From assembly GCA_009886115.1 (NCBI GenBank), contig VFJJ01000176.1, forward strand, positions 1 to 54,083: a stretch of 54,083 nucleotides of DNA. The letters run 5' to 3'. Shown here in pieces: positions 46,680-54,083 of this stretch (its first letter is position 1; every line of letters starts with the position of its first letter). The translations under genes and the position numbers were made by a program. The notes below the pieces were generated by a model, which had not been told where the DNA came from, ran no database searches, and saw only the letters and a list, made by a program, of their open reading frames with translations. This DNA comes from Actinomycetota bacterium. GTDB taxonomy: Bacteria; Actinomycetota; Acidimicrobiia; IMCC26256; VFJJ01.

Positions 46680-47331
46680 CGCGTGGTGAGTCGCACCGGT
46701 GTCTCGGCGTTGGTCCAGTCGGACCGTTTCATGGCCATGCCCGGGTCGATCCGAGCGAAGCCAATCGCGATGTCGGTGCACTTCGGGTGTGGGACGTCGA
46801 GGTCGTCAGGGCCGCCGGCGAGGTGATCCAGCAGGTCGTCTGGGCTGGCGCCCGTCCCCGTCATCCTTCGATCGCGGCTGGCGGTGATTGCTCCATTGGG
46901 AAACGTGCCCGCGTCGATGACGCGTTCGGGGCGACGGTGATGTCTTGGGCGTCGATCTTGCACAGGTTGGTCTCTCCGCGGGGCTCGACGATCGGATGAT
47001 CGAGAGGAGTGCCTTGATGGTCCGGTCGGGGCCTGCCGGTATGAGCGTTGATCGCGGCGTCGCCAGGCGGGCCGAGCTTGTTCTCGGCAACCACCACGCG
47101 TTCGATGTCGCCCGTGATCGTCTCGATGGTCGGGCCGGGTGTTCGGGTGTTCCGAGGTTGCCGACCCTTCGGGCCCGAGCGGCAGCGAAGGTTTCGTGAG
47201 CGCAGGCGTCCTGTCCGGTTTGTTCCACCACAGGAACTGATGGGATACGGGACTTGCGTGCGCGGGTAGGTCGCGTGGGTGACCCATTTCTCGTCGGGAC
47301 CGGCGGCAGTGAAACGACCGACGTGACTCAA
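46676..47331 (-). pseudogene. degraded gene region of unknown family
   Basis: TTG overlaps the baeRF3 stop and a TGA in a different frame overlaps the antiporter ATG; no single coherent ORF spans the interval. Confidence 0.35.
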
Positions 47332-48341
47332 TAGCGCAGGACCGCTGCGATCCGGCCGTGCGTTTCGAGCTCACCGTCGGCGACGATGACGGCCTTGCCG
47401 CTGCGGAGGAGGACGGCTTCGATCGTCTCGTCGATGATGTCGTCGATCACGTCGGGGGCTTCGCGGTCGTCGGCTCGTTGAATCTGACCGTCGACGATGC
47501 GGACGGCGACGGCGTAGCCGTCTTCGACGACGAGCGTCTCGACCCGACCTTCGTTGGCCAGAGGCCAGATCTCGTCGATGCCGCCGGCGAACCGGGCGCT
47601 CGACCGGGCCCGGGCGAGCGCCTCGATGGCTCGGCTCCCATCAGCGCGCAGCCAGTCGCACACCAGCGGCCATGCCGCGTCGTGGAGGTCGGCCCAGCTG
47701 GTCCGATCGTGATTGCCGGGAACGAACCCAACGGTGTTGCACAGCTCGGGTACGAGGGTCTTTCGTACGGTCCGCACAACCCCTGCGATCACCGTAGGAA
47801 GCGGGTTTCGATTGTCCTCGTCGCGTAGCGACTGAGTGACGTCTCGCGTCCAGAACGCCTCGCCCTGTTCTTCGGACCGGACCATCGGCCAGGTTTCGGT
47901 GCGTTCTTCGACGAGCTGAGCACGGTCACCAACCAGAAGGCGGACCTTGCGCTCGCTGACGGCGACAACGCGGTAGAGCGCGGTGCGGTTGAGGTCCGCA
48001 ACGAGATCGCGTGTGGCGAAGGTTTCATCGATCACGACCCGCTCTTCGATCGTGCGCCCAAGTCGTACTGCCGCGACATAGTCGGGCGACACACACAATG
48101 CCAACGCGTGTGATGACCGCTCGGTGATCTGGTCGGCAATGAGGTCGCTGAGCTTCCCGGCGAGTGTGGCTCGTAGGTCGTCTGAGAGGCCGCCGAGTCG
48201 GCGTGCAGCATGCTCAGCCAGGCGACGAGCAGTCACCATCTCGGCCTGGCTGAGCATGGCTCCCGGCGATGTGTTCATCAACAGGGTGATGCTCGGGTAC
48301 ACACGCCGACGTTGTAGCTCGGCTAGGAGCGCGCGGTTCAT
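47328..48341 (-). CDS. baeRF3-type bacterial aeRF1-like protein (Balon-related candidate hibernation factor)
   Basis: YPSITLLM, VVIDETFATRDLV, GNHDR, GGIDEIWPLANEGRVETLVVEDGY, DDIIDETIEAVL...IAAVLRY. Confidence 0.8.
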   Translation of the reverse strand: MNRALLAELQRRRVYPSITLLMNTSPGAMLSQAEMVTARRLAEHAARRLGGLSDDLRATLAGKLSDLIADQITERSSHALALCVSPDYVAAVRLGRTIEERVVIDETFATRDLVADLNRTALYRVVAVSERKVRLLVGDRAQLVEERTETWPMVRSEEQGEAFWTRDVTQSLRDEDNRNPLPTVIAGVVRTVRKTLVPELCNTVGFVPGNHDRTSWADLHDAAWPLVCDWLRADGSRAIEALARARSSARFAGGIDEIWPLANEGRVETLVVEDGYAVAVRIVDGQIQRADDREAPDVIDDIIDETIEAVLLRSGKAVIVADGELETHGRIAAVLRY

Positions 48342-48728
48342 GTGGTAGAGCCTCTCATTCAGATTGGACGGGTCCCGGCGGCCAGGGCGGCGGCAAGAGA
48401 GCCGTCGTCTTTGCTGCACCGTTCGGGTGCCAACAACATTCGTTCCGGTGTGACCGCTACGAATTCGCCGGTTCGATCATGAGGCCATCATCGAGTGCCG
48501 CTACCTGGAAAGCAATGGCGAAAACCAGACGAATATCCCACCGCAGACTGCCGAGATCAGGAGCGCGTGGAGGTCTGGGAGGAGGAGGCTGTGGCCGGCG
48601 TCGATCGCGCCGCCTCGAACGTCTCGCTGGTGGCGGCGAGACCACGGCGGGCGTGACGGCGACCGAGCGCTCGATCCTGTCGTTGCGGTCGTACCAACCG
48701 ATCGCCCGTTCGATGGTTCCGGAGCGCC

Positions 48729-48910
48729 CTGCTCCCGATCGAGGCCGGCGCCCGGCTCGAGGCGATCAGCGACATCCTCGGCCACGCGTCGCGCAGCTTC
48801 ACGAAGGACCGGTACGTCGGCCACGTGAATGAGCTCCAGCGCCAGGCCGTCACCGCGATGGACGGTGTGCTCCGTGGGGTCACCGTGGGGGTCACCGTGG
48901 GGGTCAAACG
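48729..48910 (+). pseudogene. C-terminal remnant of a tyrosine integrase
   Basis: IEAGARLEAISDILGHASRSFTKDRY (LGH...T...Y box II with the catalytic Tyr); no N-terminal part; points toward the tRNA 3' end. Confidence 0.8.
48872..48906 (+). repeat. three tandem 11-12 bp repeats, candidate integrase arm-type sites
   Basis: CCGTGGGG(G)TCA x3 between the integrase end and the tRNA. Confidence 0.65.
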
Positions 48911-48963
48911 GACAGAAGCTCGAGAATCTCGGACCGGGAAAGTGGCTCTGAACTGCTTTAATG

Positions 48964-49039
48964 TGGTGGGCCCGGCAGGGATCGAACCTGCGACCGAGGG
49001 ATTATGAGTCCCCTGCTCTGACCGCTGAGCTACGGGCCC
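48964..49039 (-). tRNA. tRNA with CAT anticodon, most likely tRNA-Ile2 (lysidine); Met not excluded
   Basis: GGGCCCGTAGCTCAGCGGTCAGAGCAGGGGACTCATAATCCCTCGGTCGCAGGTTCGATCCCTGCCGGGCCCACCA, 76 nt, cloverleaf with encoded CCA; resembles ileX-type tRNAs. Confidence 0.95.
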
Positions 49040-49226
49040 TGATCTGATGGGATCTGAATCGACCAACGCCCCCAGTGTCTCCCAGCCGGCGCTGCGCGGC
49101 CAGCATCCGACGAGCGCGTGGTCGTTGGGAGGCTACGTCCGGGCATCGGCCCCGAGCCCTCCCCCGAAGAACTCGCACCCAACGACAGCAACAGCAGATA
49201 GCACCTATTGCTGGCATCGCCGAGAT

Positions 49227-49520
49227 ATGACGACGATTCGGACGACGTTCACGCTTGACGAGTCGCTGGCCGATCAAGCTCGGCGGCTCGGCGTCAACGT
49301 CTCGGCTGCAGCTCGGGAAGGAGTCGCAACGAGCATCCGCCGCATCGGCGCGGAGGTCGCTCTCGATCACCGGGCGATCGGTCTCGAGCGAGAGTCGGCC
49401 GTGAACTGCGACGGGCTGCACACCGTGACGCAGACGTCACTCACCCGTCGGATCGGACAACTCGATGACACGACGATGAACCAGGTCTGCTCAGCCGTGA
49501 GCTACGCGCTCGGCTGCTGA
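49227..49520 (+). pseudogene. in-frame chimera of an RHH antitoxin N-terminus and a MazF/PemK toxin C-terminus
   Basis: MTTIRTTFTLDESLADQARRLGVNVSAAAREGV joined to IRRIGAEV...GLERESAVNCDGLHTV...IGQLD...VCSAVSYALGC. Confidence 0.72.
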
Positions 49521-49914
49521 ATCGACCACGATGCCTTCTGCCTGGACCCCGGTGCCGCTGTCGTGGGGGTGCACGAGGTGTGCCCCTGCTGCGTGTCGAA
49601 GCGACCACCATCGATTGGCTGGCGGAGCTGGCGGAGCTGCCACGAAGTGGCATGAGTGGCGCCGGCGTCATCTCAAGGGCACTTTCTGGGAGGCCGACGA
49701 TGGTGAGCGATGAGCGCTCGTGTTGCGCTCGACGGGATGCTCCTGCCGCCGAGGTCGAGCACGCTGGCGAGATGAGCGATGGTCACGAAGTGTGGAAGTT
49801 CTCGGCTCTGACTGATCGAGGCCACGGTCGAAGACGCAGACGGACGGGCCGGGGGGCTGGACGGGGGCGTGGGCGCCCGGGGCGAAGGTGCTCGGTTGGG
49901 TTCGTTGTCGAGGC

Positions 49915-51162
49915 TCAGGCGGGGTTCCAGATGCAGGGGAGGTGTACGGCGGTGCGGGCCATGAGGCCGTCGATGTGAACGTCGGACGCCTCGGGGTCGA
50001 GACGAACACCGGGCAGGAGGTCGAGGATCTCCTCGAGCGCCACGCGCAGCTCCATCCGAGCGAAGTGGATGCCGAGGCAGATGTGATTGCCCTGACCGAA
50101 CGCCGTGTGAGCCTGGACCGGGCGGGAGATGTCGAAGGCGTCGGGATTCTCCCAGCGCGCGGGGTCGTGGTTGGCGGCCTGCACGCTCAGGTTCACCTTG
50201 GTCCCCGCCTTGACCGGACATCCCTGGATCTCCGTGTCGCGTATGCACGTGCGCCCGAACGACATCAGCGGCGCCTCCCAGCGCAGCCCTTCCTCGATGG
50301 CCCGCGGGATGAGCGACCGATCGCGGCGCACGGCGTCGAGCTGTTCGGGATGGCTGAAGAGGCCGTAGAGCACGTTGGTGAGGGTTCGGTACGTCGTCTG
50401 CGCGCCGGCAGGCACCAGGAGGCGCAGGAACGCCACGATCTCGTCATCGGCGAGGCGGTTACGGGCCCCGGTATCGGGGTCGGTCAGCTCGGCACGACAC
50501 AGGATGCCGATGAGGTCGTGGCGATGCTCCCGCCGACGCTCGTCGATGATCTCCTGGACCATCTCGCCGAGCTCGGTGGCCGCCTGCAGCCGGTCGGTTT
50601 CGGGGACCGCCACGTTGGTGAGCAGCGCAGCCTGCTTGTAGAAGATGGGTACGTCCTCGACCGGGAGCCCCGCAGCCACCGCCGTCACGGTGATCGGGTA
50701 GTGGAACGCGAACTCGGTCGCGAGATCGGCGCGTCCGAGCGGGACGAGCGGGAGCAGGTACGAACGCACGATGTCGCGCACGAACTCTCGCTCCCAGCGC
50801 TCCATCTCTTTCTTGGTGAACGCTCCCTGGATGAGCAGACGGAAGCGGCCGTGGTCGGGCGGGTCCATCTCGAGGATGGTCCGTCCGATGACCTTGTTGA
50901 GCGCGGGTTTCACGTAGGTGCTCGACAACGCCGGGTCGCGGAAACCCTGTTCCACACCGGCGAAGGTGACGACGGTCACCTGCTCGGCGTCGGGATACAG
51001 GAGATTGTCGGGGCCGGTGAGGCCGTACTGCCCGCTGAAGGAACCAGGGTGCACCGGGCTCGTCGCCCGAAGCGTGTGCAGGAGCGGGTAGGGGTCGCGC
51101 ATGAGGCCGATCCCGTACATGCGGTCCTTGGCGGCAAAGACATCCTCGTCTGACGCGCTCAT
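49915..51162 (-). CDS. cytochrome P450
   Basis: MDPPDH, AGAQTT, EGLR, ANHDP, FGQGNHICLG. Confidence 0.95.
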   Translation of the reverse strand: MSASDEDVFAAKDRMYGIGLMRDPYPLLHTLRATSPVHPGSFSGQYGLTGPDNLLYPDAEQVTVVTFAGVEQGFRDPALSSTYVKPALNKVIGRTILEMDPPDHGRFRLLIQGAFTKKEMERWEREFVRDIVRSYLLPLVPLGRADLATEFAFHYPITVTAVAAGLPVEDVPIFYKQAALLTNVAVPETDRLQAATELGEMVQEIIDERRREHRHDLIGILCRAELTDPDTGARNRLADDEIVAFLRLLVPAGAQTTYRTLTNVLYGLFSHPEQLDAVRRDRSLIPRAIEEGLRWEAPLMSFGRTCIRDTEIQGCPVKAGTKVNLSVQAANHDPARWENPDAFDISRPVQAHTAFGQGNHICLGIHFARMELRVALEEILDLLPGVRLDPEASDVHIDGLMARTAVHLPCIWNPA

Positions 51163-51163
51163 G

Positions 51164-52855
51164 TCACGGCCTCACGGGACTGCGGATGACGGTGCCCGGG
51201 AGCGCCCCGGTGTGCTCTCCTTCGTCGTAGAGGGGTTCGCCGTTGACGATCGTCATCCGGTATCCGCTCGAGCCGAACACGAGACGGGCGGCACCGGTCG
51301 GGAAGTCGCGAACGAACCGGGCCGGGCTCACCGCCAGCGCGTCGGGATCGAACACGGTGATGTCGCCGGCGGCGCCGGGGCGGATCATCCCCCGGTCCCA
51401 GAGGCCGTGCAGCATGGCGGGCTGGAGGGTCAAACGCGCGACGGCCTGCTCGAGCGACAACACGTCGGGGACGGGCTCGGTGAGCACGCGGGTGGTGTAG
51501 TCTGCGCCGCAGAACGTGAGGAGGTGCGCGCCGCCATCGGAGCTGCCGGCCATGGTGAGGGGATGGCGGATCAGCGCCGTGACGGTCTCGGCCAACGCGG
51601 GATTGGGTCGGCGCTCCCACACGAACACGGTCTCGAGGTTCTCGGACCGGGCCGCGTCGATCATCCAATCGAGACCGTCGACGCCCGAGGGTCCGGCCAG
51701 GTCGGCGATCAAGCGGCCCACCCAACCGCTGTGGGCCTCGTCGGCCACCGACACCACCTTGACCTCGTCCCAGCCGAACACCAACGCCCGTCCGGCCGTG
51801 TCGGCGAACGCCGCGCGCAACCCATCGCGGACCGCTGGGTCGCCGAGGGCCCGCATCCGCTCGGGAAACGGGAGCGTCAGCGTGTGGCGGAAGATCGGCA
51901 TCTCGTCGAAGACGAACGTGGAGCCGAGGTCGAAATGGATCCCCTTGAAGTTGATGCTGAACATCGGGTGGATGCGATGCCCGGCGGCGTTGGCCTCGGT
52001 GAGGAACTCGAGCGCCATTCGGCAGCCCTCCGGGCACGCCGGGAAGTGCGTGAGCGGGTTGACGTTCATGGGCTTGCCCGCTGCGGCACTCATGGCGAGC
52101 AGCAGCTCACGATCGGCGCCCGAGTACCCCTCCGATCCGGTCCGGGGCAGGAACTCGATGACGCCATGGTCGAACTCGCCGAGCACGCCAGCCAGGGCCA
52201 CGAGCTCGTCGGGCGCCGCGAGGTTGCACGGCACCGGTCGACCTTCGTGATCGGCGTGGATGTCGAGCTGCGAGCTCGACCAGCCGATCGCCCCATCCAC
52301 CATGGCCTGGCGCAGGATCGCCGTCATCGCCGCGATCTCGTCGGAGGTGGCGACGCGCTCGGACGCGGCGTCGCCCATCACCGCACGACGGATCGGCGCA
52401 TGGCCAGCGAGCATCGCCATGTTGACGCCCACCCGCCCGTCGAGACCACCGAAGAAGTCGGCCACCGAGCCACCCCGGAACGAGACCCCTTCGATCAACG
52501 CGTCGTACGACATCCCCTCGACCCGCGACAGCATCGACACGAGCCACTCGATGTCGGCCGGTCGAGACGGCGCCAACGTGAAGCCGCAGTTCCCCGTGAT
52601 GACCGTCGTCACCCCATGCCACGACGACGGTGATGCCGTGGGCTCGAAGTGGAGCTGCGCGTCGTAGTGGGTGTGGATGTCGATGAAACCGGGCGCCACC
52701 ACCAAGCCGTCGACATCGACCGTTCGCTTCGCCCGATCGGTGATGCGCCCGACCCGGGTGATGCGCCCATCGGTGATCTCGACATCGGCCGTGTACGACG
52801 ACTGCCCCGTCCCGTCGACGACGCGCCCGCCCCGCACGATGAGATCTGCCGGCAC
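51164..52855 (-). CDS. N-acyl-D-amino-acid deacylase family amidohydrolase
   Basis: VRGGRVVDGTG, PGFIDIHTHYD, GNCGF, SDGGAH, DRGMIRPG; GTG start at 52855. Confidence 0.92.
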   Translation of the reverse strand: MPADLIVRGGRVVDGTGQSSYTADVEITDGRITRVGRITDRAKRTVDVDGLVVAPGFIDIHTHYDAQLHFEPTASPSSWHGVTTVITGNCGFTLAPSRPADIEWLVSMLSRVEGMSYDALIEGVSFRGGSVADFFGGLDGRVGVNMAMLAGHAPIRRAVMGDAASERVATSDEIAAMTAILRQAMVDGAIGWSSSQLDIHADHEGRPVPCNLAAPDELVALAGVLGEFDHGVIEFLPRTGSEGYSGADRELLLAMSAAAGKPMNVNPLTHFPACPEGCRMALEFLTEANAAGHRIHPMFSINFKGIHFDLGSTFVFDEMPIFRHTLTLPFPERMRALGDPAVRDGLRAAFADTAGRALVFGWDEVKVVSVADEAHSGWVGRLIADLAGPSGVDGLDWMIDAARSENLETVFVWERRPNPALAETVTALIRHPLTMAGSSDGGAHLLTFCGADYTTRVLTEPVPDVLSLEQAVARLTLQPAMLHGLWDRGMIRPGAAGDITVFDPDALAVSPARFVRDFPTGAARLVFGSSGYRMTIVNGEPLYDEGEHTGALPGTVIRSPVRP

Positions 52856-53008
52856 GAGTGCCCCCTGACGTCGGTCGACGAACTCTTCCGAGCGACCATA
52901 TCCCCGACCCGCGGCGGCGGCCACCGGGCTTCCCAGACCGTTCGGTGGCGGGTGCGCCCGCCGAGGGTGGCGCAGTGGGCGCAGCACGTGGCGCGCGCCG
53001 CACCGGCG

Positions 53009-54083
53009 TCACGACGCAGCGACGGCAACGAAGACCGCGAACGGTCGGTCGCCGCGTTCTGCGTTGAGTGACGGGGGTTCGGCGATACCGCCCCTCGCGA
53101 ACACCTCGCCGTCCTCGACCACCGTCAGAAGGCCGTCACCGAACGGGGTGAGATCTCGAACGAGATATCGGGGTCGCGCAGGGGCACGCTCGTCGGGGTC
53201 GGGAGCGTCGAGGGCCCTCACCGAGCCGTCGCCGCCAGCGATCCAGTACCCGGCGCCGTCGGGGTCGGGAACGAGCGACACGCTCGAGTCGGCACGTCGC
53301 GCCAACGGCATGGGGCCCGGATGGGGACTGTCTCCGAACGCAGCCACGCCTCCGTCGGCCGTCAAGAGGGAGTATCCCGATCCACGTGGCGAGCCAGCGA
53401 TCGCCGTGACGTCCGAGCGCAGCGTCAACGCGCTGAGATTCCCCAGAAATGGAGCATCGCCCAGCGGAACCACACGACCCCTGGACGTGACGATCCAGCA
53501 ACCGGTGCGCGCCGGGCGACAGGTCAGGCCGACAGCCACTTCGTCCGAACGCCAGTCGGTGCGGGGTCGGCGAGGTTCGAGCTGAGGAGCGGCACCGAAG
53601 GCCCACACCACTCCCGTGCGATCGAGCACCCAATAACCGTCAGCGCCGGGCGTGGCCTGGAGGTCGACAGCACGGACGTCGTTCCCGCTCGGCTCCCCGA
53701 GGTGTTGAGCCGAGCCGGCCGTCCAGATCGTGCCGTCGAGACCGAGGAGCCAGTATCCGGATCCGGCGGCGTCGACGGCGGGGCGGCGAGCAACGATCGG
53801 GAACTCGTCGCGCACCTCCAGCGGGGTGATGTGGAGCCGACGTTGGCCCCGTTCGCACGTGTTCTCGCGCTCACACCGCGGGTACGACGGATAGTTGGCG
53901 TCGGGCCAGCGCCAAGCGTGGTAGGCGAGCAGCGGGTTGCCCGACGAGTCGGTGAACGCCGTGGCCCCGCCCGGACCCAACTCCAGCTCAGCTCGGGCGA
54001 GGACCGGATTCGGACTCTTTGTGCAGGGTCCGAGAACGGTCAGGCATCGGGCCACCCCGGTGGCGTAGTTGGCCGAGCGCCAG
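53009..54083 (-). CDS. GH43-like glycoside hydrolase with C-terminal GYW-type repeats (5' end outside window)
   Basis: WRSANYATGVARC...GPC...GPGG...LAYHAW...RRLHI, then repeats GYWLLGLDG, GYWVLDRTG, GYSLLTADGGV, GYWIAGGDG. Confidence 0.75.
   Translation of the reverse strand, partial: WRSANYATGVARCLTVLGPCTKSPNPVLARAELELGPGGATAFTDSSGNPLLAYHAWRWPDANYPSYPRCERENTCERGQRRLHITPLEVRDEFPIVARRPAVDAAGSGYWLLGLDGTIWTAGSAQHLGEPSGNDVRAVDLQATPGADGYWVLDRTGVVWAFGAAPQLEPRRPRTDWRSDEVAVGLTCRPARTGCWIVTSRGRVVPLGDAPFLGNLSALTLRSDVTAIAGSPRGSGYSLLTADGGVAAFGDSPHPGPMPLARRADSSVSLVPDPDGAGYWIAGGDGSVRALDAPDPDERAPARPRYLVRDLTPFGDGLLTVVEDGEVFARGGIAEPPSLNAERGDRPFAVFVAVAAS

Noticed and set aside
40215..48963. Second att copy (tRNA 3'-end duplication) marking the island's left boundary
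   Set aside because: No match to TGGTGGGCCCGGCAGGG found by eye; the GGGCTAGGCG duplication at 40241-40261 is unrelated to the tRNA
49530..49900. Short ORFs between the TA chimera and the P450
   Set aside because: No recognisable motif or consistent coding frame
1..54083. CRISPR array, rRNA, intact transposase or prophage
   Set aside because: No regularly spaced repeat-spacer array, rRNA-like segment, transposase or phage structural gene was recognised

Overview
High-GC window whose gene content (many LLM/SDR/P450/N-acyl-D-amino-acid deacylase paralogues, neocarzinostatin-domain protein, PspC two-component locus, MFS-ATPase fusion) suggests an actinobacterium, probably Acidimicrobiia; this taxonomy is inference only. 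Left to right: catabolic oxidoreductases with a broken P450 (1-5.7 kb); an ECF-sigma/anti-sigma/ABC operon (5.7-10 kb); an ndmC-ndmD-ndmE-like methylxanthine N-demethylase operon with two further Rieske oxygenases, a BMP-family purine-nucleoside ABC importer and an EamA transporter (11.4-23.4 kb); nudC and a PspC two-component locus; a Liv-type ABC importer with one ATPase fused to an MFS carrier (28-35 kb); an atypical Hsp70 paired with a protein carrying two HPD-less J-like domains and FN3-like domains, plus a VapBC pair, bracketed by two REP-like palindromes (35.3-40.2 kb); a decayed island at tRNA-Ile2(CAT) combining a PMCA-type Ca-ATPase, TerD, a PucR/CdaR regulator, a CaCA antiporter and a baeRF3 (Balon-related) factor (40.3-49 kb); then a fused antitoxin-MazF remnant, P450, deacylase and a GH43 gene cut by the window edge. 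Best candidates for an undescribed system: the actinobacterial Ndm-like/purine-importer cluster, the calcium/TerD/hibernation-factor island and the Hsp70/J-like pair. All homology calls come from motif recognition by eye; no searches were run, and start codons were chosen by RBS or stop-start overlap.
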